Part shown: piece by piece, positions 21,971 through 34,612 of the stretch
How positions within the stretch are numbered: the stretch's first letter is position 1
How the letters are laid out: each line of letters opens with the position of its first letter
Assembly (NCBI GenBank): GCA_032718475.1
Contig: JAUCBJ010006758.1
Coordinates: forward strand, 1-46,782
Reading direction: 5' to 3'
Source: Nemertoderma westbladi
Taxonomy: Eukaryota; Animalia; Xenacoelomorpha
DNA: 46,782 bases
The notes under the pieces: generated by a model
Seen by the model: the letters and a program-made list of their open reading frames with translations, nothing else
Told to the model about the DNA's origin: nothing
The model's database searches: none
Position numbers and translations under genes: made by a program

Positions 21971-22384
21971 TTATAGGAATATAATCAATGCAGTACTCGT
22001 CTTCATTATAAGCCTTTTTGCGTTCGACCTGTTTTGTATTAAAATATATTTATTAAACGCAGGCTGACGCTCTTTATAATAATAATACCTAGGGATGCCA
22101 GCTTCCAGACTTTCAATCTTTACTGCCGCGCAAACCCCGCAGAGGAAGTTTTGGTTTGAGAGATCAAGCCCATCGGCAATTGGTGTTTCAATTTCGGTCC
22201 AGGAACTCTGACAATGGGAGCATTCAATCTTAGCTGTGGTCCATTCCCGTGGTTTCGGCTTCCTTTTCTTCGTCCCAATGACAGATTCTTCTGAAGACGT
22301 TCGATTCGCTTTCAGTTTATTGTTGGCGTTTGTGTTTTGAAGTTGTATTCGAGTGGACAGTCGCGCCGGTTTCGAGGTAACCAT
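21971..22384 (-). mobile_element. Possible LINE (CR1/L2-like) ORF1 5' fragment with a C4 zinc finger
   Basis: Basic N-terminus, then CSHC-x22-CGVC..KIESLE. The frame runs into AT-rich non-coding-looking DNA. Confidence 0.3.
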
Positions 22385-23308
22385 GCCGACCTGTGATAAG
22401 CGTTGGTTATGTTGAGTGCCGGTATTCTTCTTCTCTCACCTCTTCAATGTCAGATGTTGCAAATACTGATAACACGAATAACGGTATATATTTCAATACT
22501 TGTCAATAGTAATATATATAATTTAGATAACTATTTTATATCTGTACTGTTGAGCAAACTCTACATAAATTTCAACCTGTGTATCGCCGGTAGTGCTGTT
22601 GCTGTGCAAGTGCTGAAGTGCTAGTTGCCACCGGTCACGCGGTCAGCCGGTAGTAGGGTGGTACCATGGCCTACTACACACAGGCCATGACAAGGACTTT
22701 GCTGTGAAATTAGCGTAGGCTGACTGATGAATTATCAAATATTATATATTCCATGAATGCAGGGTCCATATTTAAAAGAAGATGACTAGATTTTCGTAAA
22801 GAATTTAATTGAAACAGTATTTAATAATTAATAAATTAATTATCGCTCGAGTTCCTGCAGCTTTTATTCGTTTGTGGCTGCCTCTGGCTATGTTTGTGGC
22901 AGGAATGTTTGAACGCTAATAAGTCGGTCAATCATGGATGAAATCGAAATGGAACCAAACTTGGTACACATGTAGTCTATAAAAAATTTAGAAATTCTAC
23001 ACACAGACAGACTTCTACAGTTCCCCGGTCTGCTGCTAGGGGGCGAATTAACAGAAACGTAAAAATAGCTGTAATTATAGAACCAACGATCAGATTCATC
23101 TGAAATTTAGTAGTAGTTACCTAAGAGCATTGCTTAATTAGAAATTCTACAGAGACTTTTACAGTTCCTGTCTGCCGCTAGTGGGGAATTGTTAGAGCTC
23201 CAGTTCAACGTGCTTAGCACGGTTTAATAAACAATCAATTAATTATTTTATTCAATACAGTAATTATAACAGTAAAATGCAATGTATTCTATTTTTTATT
23301 GAAATCAA

Positions 23309-23566
23309 GAGACAGGAGGGGGTGGGACTGGACGCAAATCCCATCTTGGCGAATTAATATCCCGCTTCAATATTAATTTCTCAATTTTGGGAAAGGAGCA
23401 GGTTACAGTGGCACGTTATTTTAACCAAAACAATAAAGTAAACACAATAGAACAGGTTACAGTTTTATTTTTGAGAGAAATCAGCTGTTGTTATTTGCGT
23501 CCAATTTCCCCTGGAGAGGGATGATTTTTTATTGCGTCCAGCCCCCCCCCCCCCCCCCCCCTATCT
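23309..23566 (+). mobile_element. MITE family A copy 3
   Basis: GAGACAGG...CCCCTATCT flanked by a direct repeat (T)TGAAATCAA, a 9-10-bp TSD. Confidence 0.75.
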
Positions 23567-23704
23567 TGAAATCAAATACCAAAAATATATTTATTATATG
23601 AACAATCTATTTGGAAATTGTAAGTTCGGCCTATCTCTTTACCATAAGCTCAGTATCTTTATCTGGTGTGTTTTTATTATTTTACCAATTATTTAATATG
23701 TTTG

Positions 23705-24420
23705 ATAGAATTGAACAACACCGCCCAACACAACCAACTCTCTATCCGCCTCGAGCATCAAGAATACGAGAAACTCGATCGAAATACATGCTTATCCCAG
23801 TAGTATCCGTCCGTAGTAACCGGACCGCTGCGGTTTACTCCCGTAGAACAGTAGAATTCCCGCAGCTTCCGACCCAATTCGACAACGAATTCGCTTCACA
23901 CTTCAGAGAACAGAGAACGTAATCCAGTGCGATAACGTCTGCCCAACGTTCAACCATTTCCCCCAGCGATCCCAGGATCCGGGCCGCCGCTAAACCCAGA
24001 TCGCAATCCTCGTCGATTCGTCCAGTCGTCGACGTAAGTCAGTAAGTGGGACTCTTCCCACCGCACTCCAAGGTGGGTGACCGGAGTGAGGCATGAGGAA
24101 CTTGGCAGTGGCCCGCATTACGATCTGACCGACCGCCGTATTCCCAGTGTCTGAGTGTAGTAAATACCCAAATAGAATCGTACTGACAAACAAGCAATTC
24201 CGTAGTATTCCCCCGTTAATCACCTCTTGAAGCAACTCGGCTGCTCGGGTCCAGATACATCGCAGCATCGGATTGTCGGGAGCGTTTCAGACAGTAATGG
24301 AGCGGCATTTGCGAATATTTCCAATGGTTTTATAATAAATAAGGGGATTCAACAGTTCAATGCTAAAACAAATGGATTATTCCTAACCCCACCCCAATAC
24401 AGCAATATACCTAACAGTAT
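23705..24420 (-). pseudogene. ALDH3: Intronless, frameshifted aldehyde dehydrogenase family 3-like fragment
   Basis: Across frames: N.PFVLAL.PLI, IIKPLE, YLDP..CFK.VINGG, TGNTAVGQIVMRATAKFL.P, LECGGKSP, EDCDLGLAAARI, GKWLNVGQT.IALDYVLC, ELGRKLREFY. These are colinear with ALDH3 motifs (KPSE, TGS, LELGGKSP, GQTCVAPDY). Confidence 0.85.
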
Positions 24421-25685
24421 ATAGCTTAGGTACCACAGTCTGACAGTACCATAATCAGCACAGTCAGCCTACGCTAATTTCACAGCAAAGTAGTAGTAGG
24501 CCATCGGTGGTACCTACGGTGCGCACTACAACGGCAGTGCAGCAATACGGTGTACCGTGCCAATGACTGAATGATTAGCGGTAACTATCTAAACTATTAG
24601 GCCTATGTTACAGTATTATTATTACCGGTGCCGGTCAGCCGGTAGGCCTACTGGGCTAATTACTGAATTAGGCCTAAACTATAATCACCGCAAGGGTTGC
24701 ATGATATGGCATGTCTGCAGTGTATGGTACCGGTTGACCAGTATTGCAGTATTGAATGATTGCAAGATTCTCGATTCAGGGATTGAGTACAGCCTGACAG
24801 TACCGGTACACATGGTACATGCAGAATTGCAAAATTTGTTAGAAACACAGCTGATTTATCCTACAGTAATAATAATTTAACGCATTTTAAATTTGGATAA
24901 ATAAATTTATTATAACTGCAATAACAGTTACACTGATGCTGCACGAAGGCCCCACGCAAATTCTACTTGGAAAATTTTCAAACTTTTGCCAAACAACATG
25001 TGTACCAAGTTTGGATAGATTTCATCAAGGATTGGCCGAGTTATTAACGTTTAAAATCAAATACTGAAAAAAAACGCGACAGAACGACAGAACGACAGGT
25101 TGATTAATGGTACCACTACGCTAAGGCTCACTCACTTCGTGGCTCGCCCCACAGCAGTATGCAAAAGTCACTGTCTGACTAACCAGCTAACTGTGAACTG
25201 TGCTGTACTGCTGTATCCCAGTATCCAGACAACATCTGTATACGTATATTCAAAACCTTAGCAGAGCGATACCGGTAAGCAGTATATCTCAAGTCACTCT
25301 GTCGGAGTCTGTAATGCCCTACGCAGCTACGCATAATTTGTAAGTGGCACATATTTTGCATATTTTGCAAATAAACATTGTTTGAACTACAGAACTCACA
25401 TTTTTTCAACTAATCTCAGCCAACTGCTTTCTCGTAACTATGGATGGATGATACCTAGTTGCTATGGAAACGAACCCCTGTTGTTACGGTGTGGTCGTCA
25501 AATATATAATGTGTAATTGTGTAATCAAAAAAAGGACCACATTCAAATTTTCACCAATAACCAACTAATCGTTCATCCGTTGCTGTGCAATATGTAAAAT
25601 TGTTGCTATGTGGAAAATGACTACTGAATATTGCCAACTTATTGTCAGTCTATCACCTATATATATCTATCTATATCACCTATAT

Positions 25686-27579
25686 CTGAGGTTACTTGTA
25701 AGAGAGAAGATCTTAAGATAGCCTACAAAGTTAAAACCGAACAACCAACAACCGAAAACATTAACAAGGTTGAGAAAGCTAAGGACGATCTTAAATTGGC
25801 CTACAACATCAGCCAGGAAAAGTACATACAGAATAAAACTGAAGCAATTACAACTGCTCACATACAGCAACAATCAAGACTTACCTGGCAAACTGTAAAT
25901 GAGGTATCTGGTCTGAAAAGTTGTGCAAAGGGGGGCCTCAAAGCCGATAGTCCTGAAGAACGTGTTGGGAAGTGGAAAAATCACTTCAGCAACTTGCTTG
26001 GGCAGCCACCAAACATCGAGGTCAGCCCTACAAGGAAAATATATGACAAGACACTACCTATAGAGAGAGGGGACTTCACACCTGCCGAACTCCAAAGAAG
26101 CATTAAAAGCATGTCCAATAATAAAGCGAGTGGATTAGATGAAATCCCAGCGGAGGTATGGAAAACCGGAGTGCTAAATAGACCATTATTGAATGTTTGC
26201 AAACGGATGTTAAAAGGGGAAAAGCCACCACCAATTTGGACTAAAGGTCAACTAAAGCCTCTCCCCAAGAAAGGAGACCTCGGCTTACCAACAAACTATC
26301 GTGGGATCTGTCTGCTTGTGGTAGCTTCCAAAATATACAATAAAATGATTCTATATAGGATTAGGCCTCACATAGAGAAACTACTGCGTAAGAGCCAAAA
26401 CGGATTTCGACCAAGTAGATCAACAATAGCTCAGATACTTGCACTACGGAGACTGATTGAAGGAATTAAGTCAAAGAATCTCCCCGCAGTCATGACTTTT
26501 GTGGACTTCAAGAAGGCATTCGACTCCATCCATAGAGGTAAAATGCTTGAAATCCTAAGAGCTTATGGAATACCAGAAGTAACTGTTGCTGGCATTGGAT
26601 TGTTATATTGTGACACAGAAGCGCAGGTACTCTCACCAGATGGTGAAACTGAGTTTTTCTCAATCCTGGCTAGCGTACTGCAAGGTGACACATTAGCACC
26701 ATTACTATTTGTAATTGTGCTGGATTACGCAATGAGGACGGTCACAAAGGGTGAAGATCTGGGATTCACACTTCAAGAACGCAGAAGTAGTAGATATCCG
26801 GCAACTACAGTCACAGACACCGACTTTGCGGATGACAACGCCCTGCTCTCTAATACGCTAGCAGATGCACAGCTTCTACTAAATAAAGTGGAGAGGGCTG
26901 CTAAGGAGGTTGGATTGCATATAAATGCTACCAAGACCGAATTCATGACCTTTAATGTTGATGGAAACTTACAACCATTGATAATAATCAACTAAGGAAG
27001 GTCGATGACTTCCAGTACCTTGGATCATGGATAGAGAGTAGCAAAAAGGACATAGAAGTTAGGAAAGCAAAGGCTTGGGTAGCTCTATCAAAAATGGATA
27101 CCATCTGGAAATCAGATCTCTCCAGGCACCTGAAGACTAAGTTCTTTCGAGCCACAGTGGAAAGTGTATTTTTATACGGGGGTGAGACCTGGACACTGAC
27201 TAAATCACTTGAACAACGAATTGATGGTTGCTACACAAGACTACTAAGGGCAGCCCTAAACATCAGCTGGAGACAACACATGACAAACGCCGAGCTTTAT
27301 GCTACAATACCACCTGTATCAACCACCCTCCGTGAACGCAGATTAAGATTCAGTGGGCACTGCTGGCGAAGTAAAGACGAGGTCATACCAGATCTACTTC
27401 TCTAGCAACCAACTCATGGAAAGCGTAGTCGTGGACGACCTGCCATAACATATATAGATCAACTTGAAAGGGATACTGAACTTGGGAGAAACGAAATTGC
27501 GACAACTATGGAGAATCGGGAAGCCTGGAAGGATCTCATTTCCACTGTCCGAGTTCGCTCGACCTAGTAGTAGTAGTAG
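25686..27579 (+). mobile_element. 5'-truncated RTE-like LINE, family 2, with TSD
   Basis: RT motifs PKKGD..NYRGI, QNGFR, FVDFKKAFDS, LQGDTLAP, FADD. One frameshift near 26990. (TAG)5 tail. 12-bp TSD TATCACCTATAT at 25674-25685 and 27580-27591. Confidence 0.92.
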
Positions 27580-28368
27580 TATCACCTATATTGCCTAGTA
27601 AGCATGACAAACATTTTCTACTGATTTCAGTAACTGCGTGATGGTTGCTATGGAGTATAACTTGTTGCTATGGTAAAGACCCCCTGTTGCTATGGTCTAG
27701 TCCCTATGTATATCACATAATTCTAATAATCAATGTAGGTCTATATACATGTTTTAAACAAAAATCAACCAACCATTCGTCCGTTGCCACTGTACTGTAT
27801 GTACAGGAATACACATCTGTTGCCATGGATACTGCCTGCATAGTCTTACCAACTTCACATATGTCTGACTATCAACTACCCAGACATACTGTAATCTTTC
27901 AACCGACTCCAATCTTTCAACCGACATACAATGAGGCAAAGCATTGACATTTTGGATGCAAGTTATATTTGTTTTAACAAATATTTTGTAATAATTTTAT
28001 AGAAACCTTGCTAAATTAGCTTGAGACGTTGCCATTGGCAACATGTCACACTTACTTTGGGACCCTAGACAATTTTTACCGCGTCTAAAACGGTCTATTT
28101 ACTGTGGAAACACAACAATTTACAGCCGCGGTGAGGAATACCTATTGAGTTAGAAGTGCTTCTATTCAATTCATACAGCAGCTGCCATGGCAACAGAGAT
28201 ATACAATGCAAAATTATACTGTAATACACAAATATTATGAAAATTAGTTAAAATGTGGAACTTTTTCAGGAAATCCGTAATAACTCGAGTCCATGTTAAT
28301 GAAATTCTGAGATATTTAGTGCATTCGAAAGCTAAGAGTATTATATATCTTTATATGTAAAGAACTCT

Positions 28369-28673
28369 TTATAAATGATACATATTTAGTTGCGTAAACA
28401 CCTAATCTATCGATTGGAGTTGATAAATGTTATAAATGATACATATTTAGTTGCGTAAACACCTAATCTATCGATTGGAGTTGATAAATGTTATAAATGA
28501 TACATATTTAGTTGCGTAAACACCTAATCTATCGATTGGAGTTGATAAATGTTATAAATGATACATATTTAGTTGCGTAAACACCTAATCTATCGATTGG
28601 AGTTGATAAATATTATAAATGATACATATTTAGTTGCGTAAACACCTAATCTATCGATTGGAGTTGATAAATA
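28369..28673. repeat. 61-bp minisatellite, 5 near-identical copies
   Basis: Unit TTATAAATGATACATATTTAGTTGCGTAAACACCTAATCTATCGATTGGAGTTGATAAAT(G/A), head-to-tail without spacers. Confidence 0.97.
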
Positions 28674-29315
28674 TTCAAAATAATATGAACGAAAGCGGCC
28701 AAAAGCGTATTTATTATGTAATAAATAATTTATTTATAACCATTTATATTACTTATAAATAGCATGTCACTCGCATAAATCACGAAATTAATCCATGTCA
28801 CATTATTATATTTTCTTAATTTAATAAAAAATTTCAATCAAAAATGTCACAACTATAAAATTATTCTGTTACGAAATGTCGGAATCGAAATTTAAAAAAC
28901 ACCAAAATTACGTTAGTCCGTTGCTAAGGACATTATCAATAAAGCTAATGTTGAAGGTCGTTTTCACTTGGTTGCTATGGTAATTTCAAAAAACGAAATA
29001 TGCCATTAAATTCTTCGTATCCAAAATAATAATCTTCCATAAATTGTAACTCGTCATATCTACTATAAGAGCTGTTGCTATGGGGATTTCCACCGTTGCT
29101 ATGTTTAAGACCTCCTAAAAAACCAGCGGAACCGGTTTGGTGAAAATTTTTTATAATTTCGCATATCTTTACTAAATATCTATGTGGGGTAGCTCAGTCA
29201 TATATAAAATACGGGGCCATAGACTGGAGCCTGTATTAAATGAAAGAACGAGTTAAGTAAACAGTTATATATAGTTAGCGAGTTAAAACTCAATTTATCG
29301 ATAGGTGTAGCTGAT

Positions 29316-31349
29316 TCAGTTAGATTTAATATAAAGTAAACTGTTACTACGAGTTTCGTACAGAAAGAATCCTTCTGTTACTATATTTGTATACCCAGTA
29401 GCGATCCCTCCGAAGCCGAACCCGTTTACTGGCACGGCACCCAATCGGGATACTTTAGTTCCGTTTGGATCGTATTGATAAACCCCCAGATAATGATTCT
29501 CTTCTTCTTCTAGAGGAACTAAGTAATACAATGATGGATACCGCAGTAGTTCCATCGCCCCAATAGGGATGGATTTACCGCAATCAAGAACGGATATCCT
29601 TTGATCCAATACGAGAGTAACGTTGGGTCCGGTGCCGGTAACCTTATAGAAACATATGGATAACTTATGTTCGTTAGGTTGGAATAATCCGACGTTTAAA
29701 GAGCCCATTAAACTAGAGCTGGAAAGGAGTTTCCCGGGTTCTTCGATACGGGATATCCATTCCTTAGAACAATCGCGTCGGTCCAGTTTAATCACGCAGT
29801 TGTTTGACGTTAGCAGGTAATCACCACGGATACCGACCATTGAGCCTATTGGTTGACCGCGGTATCTCTCTTTACCAAGACACAAATGTTTGACATCACC
29901 TCCGTCTGGGTTTATTACAAATACACATTCTTCCGTTGCGGCGATCCAGGTTTCGTTGTAGTAATTATCTAGAAACTTAATCTGTTTCTTTTCGGCGTTG
30001 CAGTCAGATTCGAGAATAATAGGTTCACCACGTAAAGATAAAGAATCTTTGGCGTTGAATTCGTAAATATAAATCCTGTTAGTTAGGGAATCGGTTATCC
30101 CCAGGTTCCTATAGCGACCACCAATGGAACCGACTTTACCGATTCCCATTCTCCGACAGTCGATCCGACATGTTTCCTTTAGCGGAGGATCTCTTAACCA
30201 AATATCTTCGTATTGGCGGAGGTCAAAACGTTTCTCAACCTCCAGTTCTTCTACTGGAACCGCCATCTTCTCTCCTCCATCGCCGCTATCTATAATATCA
30301 ACGCGTCCGGTAATCCCTTCCAGGTCCTTCTGTAACTCGACCGGAACGAAACGAATTTCCGGTACCTCTACAACTTCGATCTCAGAAATCCGCTGCTCGA
30401 TTTCTTTGTATTTCTTTAGGATCTTCTTGGCTTCCGCTATTTCTTTGATCAACTCGGAATTCTTTATCTTCTTATAATATTCGTTTTCTTCAGGAATTTC
30501 GATATTAGCGAGAATTTCCTGCGCTGCTGATATTTTTCCCGCCGTTTTGGTTTTTAAATCCCGGACCTGCTTCATCATTGTATCTTCAGCTGCTTTTAAT
30601 TCGTTGTATAAATATTCGAAGTGTTTGCGGATGTCGTCGGTTGAAACTTTAGTGACGTCATCTAAATCCCCCAGAATTCCTTCCAACACTGTTAGTTTAG
30701 TCTCCAATCGTGTTCTCAACTTTCCCGGACCTTCTACTAAGTTTCGTCTGATTGAATTACAGACTTCGTTCGTATACCAGACCTCGTGATCTTTAGAAAC
30801 ATCGTCTACGGAATGACATTGGCGACAAACAGTACATTCGCATTTCTCGCAATAATGGCGTTTGTTTAGACCGTGGATTAGGCACAGATCGGGATCTGGT
30901 TCTTTAGATCCACCAACAGCTCCTTGTTTATCGAGATCTACGTCATTAGACCAGCATCCCGTCGGTTCACCAGCTGCTCCCGAATTAGGTGGATTGGCGA
31001 CACAGACGTGGTAAAGTTCGCACTTTCTGCACAATTCGGTGTCGCAACGTTCGCAGGGATTCGTTCCTTTGTTTTTTCCGCACTCGTCGCATGTTTTTTC
31101 TTTTCGAATCATATCAATCATAGAGGTAATGATATGACTTACTGTCGGCAAAGAATCCAGTTTCTCTACCTCGGTGGGATTCCGACAACGAGGACATTCC
31201 AACGAAAATCCATCACCGCGATGTATAGAAAATTTGATGATGCATTTGTAACAGAAACAGTGGGAGCAGTTGATTAAAACTCGTGGCTGATGTAAAAGTC
31301 GTAGACATACGGAACATTCGAACTCTCGCTCTACTTGCTCCGGGTCCAT
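29316..31349 (-). CDS. Intronless TRIM-like E3 ligase: RING, B-box1, B-box2, coiled coil, divergent beta-rich (NHL/propeller-like) C-terminus, 677 aa
   Basis: C3HC4 RING CSVC..CSHCFCYKC..CPRC; CDEC..CERC..LCRKC..H; CLIH..YCEKCECTVCRQC..H; heptad-rich helix; hydrophobic beta-strand repeats (ITDSLTNRIYIY, VFVINPDG). Confidence 0.9.
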   Translation of the reverse strand: MDPEQVEREFECSVCLRLLHQPRVLINCSHCFCYKCIIKFSIHRGDGFSLECPRCRNPTEVEKLDSLPTVSHIITSMIDMIRKEKTCDECGKNKGTNPCERCDTELCRKCELYHVCVANPPNSGAAGEPTGCWSNDVDLDKQGAVGGSKEPDPDLCLIHGLNKRHYCEKCECTVCRQCHSVDDVSKDHEVWYTNEVCNSIRRNLVEGPGKLRTRLETKLTVLEGILGDLDDVTKVSTDDIRKHFEYLYNELKAAEDTMMKQVRDLKTKTAGKISAAQEILANIEIPEENEYYKKIKNSELIKEIAEAKKILKKYKEIEQRISEIEVVEVPEIRFVPVELQKDLEGITGRVDIIDSGDGGEKMAVPVEELEVEKRFDLRQYEDIWLRDPPLKETCRIDCRRMGIGKVGSIGGRYRNLGITDSLTNRIYIYEFNAKDSLSLRGEPIILESDCNAEKKQIKFLDNYYNETWIAATEECVFVINPDGGDVKHLCLGKERYRGQPIGSMVGIRGDYLLTSNNCVIKLDRRDCSKEWISRIEEPGKLLSSSSLMGSLNVGLFQPNEHKLSICFYKVTGTGPNVTLVLDQRISVLDCGKSIPIGAMELLRYPSLYYLVPLEEEENHYLGVYQYDPNGTKVSRLGAVPVNGFGFGGIATGYTNIVTEGFFLYETRSNSLLYIKSN

Positions 31350-33794
31350 TGCTGCATTGTCTGATTGTAGTCCAGTCTGGCTGTTTTGTACCGGTAGTTC
31401 AGTAGTTCCGGCTGTAGTTGTGGTTTAGTTCAGTAGCCTACTCTAATCTGCTAAATGCAGTAATCCTCTAGCAGTCTAGTCCACTGCGTTCAGCTGTAGT
31501 CATTCATAAGCTTAAAAAACCATCAGAGAGGTAGAATTATGTCAGATGCCGTCCTGCGTCCGATCCGATCCGATCCGATCCGATGCAATTCAGCAATTAT
31601 TCTAGCTACAACTATCAGACTGCAGACTGTACAAGCCTAGCTGCTTAGACCTACTTCTGTTTTGCCTATCACAGTTTCTCTAACGCAATATCCCTTTAAT
31701 TGAATATCAGAATATTCCACCTATCTTTGCCGTGTTTTATTTAATTAATCTAGGGCATAATACATTAGTAGAGGAGCTAGATCTGAAAACTGATTATACC
31801 GCGGTTATACGGCGCCTACACTTTTCTTTACTGCAATGAAAGCCGGTGTATAGCTGTATAGTACCCGGCTGCGTGGGGTTCCAGGACGAAGGTCAGAAAA
31901 AAAGCACTACTGTATGGCCACTTTTCGACCGTCGACACAAAGCCGCTGCGAAGTTATTATGGGACAGGATGGTGATGCTCGGTAGACAGTGGCGGTTCTA
32001 GGGGGGGGGGGGGGGGCAATGGGGCATCTGCCCTCCCACCTCCCCAGGTATCTTGGGGGGGGGGGGGGGGGGGGTGGGGGCTTGCCCCCTCCCTAGCGAA
32101 AGGTAATGTGGTAAATCCGTACCAGTGGGTACCGACTTGCTCGAAAACAGACCTCTCTGGGAAAAGACTTCTATTTTTTTTTCAAAATTTAGTTACTACC
32201 CGGAGATATCCATTATAAAACACTCTGATATTTTTGTAAAATTCTGGAACTTTGGGAATTCGGGAAAAAATCGGGAAATTTTCTTCAAAGTATAATATTT
32301 TTTTTAATGTTTCCTTTTGTTTATTTTTTTTCATTGGGGGCTGCGACGAACTGTAGCTTGTTTCCGAAACGTGCAGTGGCGTGCAGAAGGGGGGGGGGGG
32401 GGGGGGCGGCCCCGGGCGCCACCTTCCAAGGGGCGCCAAAATTTGAGCAGTAGTGGCATCATAGCCAGCTGATAGTATAATGGTGGTTCCAAGTTTAGCT
32501 TATTGATGCTAGACATTTAGCCCATCCAACATACAAACATAGTAGTTTGGTTCTGTATTGGTTGCATAGCCTTTCAGCACTGCCCACATTGCACATGTGA
32601 AGGTGTCACAGGTGAGAAGGTAGATGTCTCCTGCGATTGGTCCATGGTATGGTCACTGGAAATATCTCCATTGGTAAGTTCAGTGGCTTGGTGGTTTAAG
32701 GCATGTGCAAGTAAATTTAAGCAGTAAATTTCTTAATATAATATAATTTTGCAATTAAAATAGTCTTAAAATAGTCATTTAATTACTTCAATATTTTCCA
32801 CTACCACACATGTTATGAAAGTTTGTGCGGCTAAAATACTAAAGTATATTTATTGCCTCTTAAATAATTAAATATAAGATAATTATTTTATTGCGCAGAA
32901 CACCATCTCCATACCGAAACCTAACTAACCAAAACAATAAACGTTATCATTACAAATTAATGGAAAGGAGTGCCACACACGTCGCGTCTCTCCTCCACAT
33001 CTTTGGAACGATACTGGTTACTACCAGCTGACGGCTGCGACCCTTCCATTAACTAAATAATTAGACACAGACGGGTTTAGAAAAAGTTGATGTTAGGAAT
33101 GTTTTTTTTGAACGATTTAAAGCTGGCGTTTATAAACGAGGCCAGATTGGGCTCTACTGATTGCGTGGAGCCATTTACAAGTCCAAAAAATTGACCTCAG
33201 CAAATTAAATATTTTTTAAATATGTGCCCTACCCCACTCCAGATGCTCCCTACGTCCATGCTACAGGTAAAGCTAGTAATTGGCTTGGAGGAGGGAGGGG
33301 GAACTGGAGGTACATCGTACACCCTCCCACGAAATTGTTTATACTAATTAGTGTTTGATAAATTTTTAAATATTTCAAAAAATATTCGTTCTAGAACATT
33401 ATTTTTTAAAAATAAAATAGCTAGTCATGTTCTGGTATATTTCAAAAAATAAATTCAAAAACTTAACTAGATAGTATATTAAATTTGGTCTTTCTGACTA
33501 TCCGACAATCTGTCCGTCATATATAAGAAAAGGTTCAGTTTAGTTTAATACCTGGAGTATTCAGTCTGGATTTCCGCATAGAAAAATAGTTTTACAATAA
33601 TTAGTATTAATTATTATGGGTAGAATGTATTCGAATATTTCAAGTGATTATTTCAATGAAACGTTGCAAATTATGACTACAACACTGTTGATAACGGTTA
33701 TAAGATAAGATAGTCTATATACCATGTTATGTAGCAATCATAATAATAATCAGATTACACATCTTTACTTTAGGAAACATAAATAGGTATAAGA

Positions 33795-33961
33795 CCGTAC
33801 ACAACTGTTACACAATAGGTACAAAATGTACGCAACTTCCCCAACTTGGTACATAGTAGGTGTAAAAGGTACACAACTTGGTACATAATAGGTACAAAAG
33901 GTACACAACTTGGTACAATAGGTACAAAAGGTCCACAACTTGGTACATTATAGGTACAAAA
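33795..33961. repeat. ~30-bp tandem repeat (ATAGGTACAAAAGGTACACAACTTGGTACA), ~5 copies
   Basis: Directly visible. It explains the repetitive translations of ORFs 33770-34198 and 33808-34047. Confidence 0.85.
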
Positions 33962-34176
33962 CGGCGCCCGGGATACAATGGTGTACCCGGAAAGAAGATG
34001 CGCAGATAAACGGATAAATTCGGCGAAAATAAACATAATTTCAGCATTCTTTAAAGATACCGACAGACCACAGACTGCGGGAATACAGGAATAACGGGAG
34101 TTTGCGTAAATTAACGGGAATCTCGAACTGTCGAAAGCTTTCCCGAGATCACTTCCGTTTTTACTGTACCGGTACC

Positions 34177-34496
34177 TGTAGTGATACAAACTCGCCACAC
34201 TACATGGCTCGCCCCATATGCCAGCAGATACTCAGGGACTGCGGTACTGTAGGGATGACTCACCAGGATTCAGAGACTACGCCCTGACACAGACTCAGGA
34301 TACCACCGACCGATAGACAGCAGTTAGCTAGTCCAGTAATCCTGTAATCAGTACAGTTAGGTCTCCAGTCATAGGGCGCACTGCCAGACAGACGGCCCAG
34401 CACAGCATTGTTGTTGTTTGTACTTGTGTGGTCACTACCTGTATATTATACGCCCGACATTATTCCGGCTCCACAGTTAGTCGTGACCTCCATACA
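34177..34496 (+). repeat. 5' LTR
   Basis: TGTAGTGATAC...CTCCATACA. No difference from 39029-39348 found by eye. Confidence 0.97.
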
Positions 34497-34612
34497 TGGC
34501 GCAGTTGTGTTTGTGTTGGTGAACTGAAACCACCACGCAATCCTAAACCTACGGACCTACCGGTACTCCTGTCTGCATAACCCCAAACCCCGAGTAACGC
34601 AGAAGCGAACTG

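Larger units (their letters stand above)
22654..24517. mobile_element. Decayed TIR element enclosing an ALDH3 fragment and a MITE A copy
   Basis: Inverted repeats at 22654-22735 and ~24451-24517 share ATGGCCTACTAC and ACTTTGCTGTGAAATTAGCGTAGGCTGACTG. The left end begins TAGGGTG. The right terminus and TSD are unclear. Confidence 0.55.

Noticed and set aside
28369-28673. CRISPR-like regular array
   Set aside because: Units are head-to-tail with no unique spacers, there are no cas genes, and the context is eukaryotic. It is a minisatellite.
31987-32445. hAT-like MITE ends (CAGTGGCG...G-run)
   Set aside because: Two similar left-end-like motifs, but no matching right ends or TSDs were identified.
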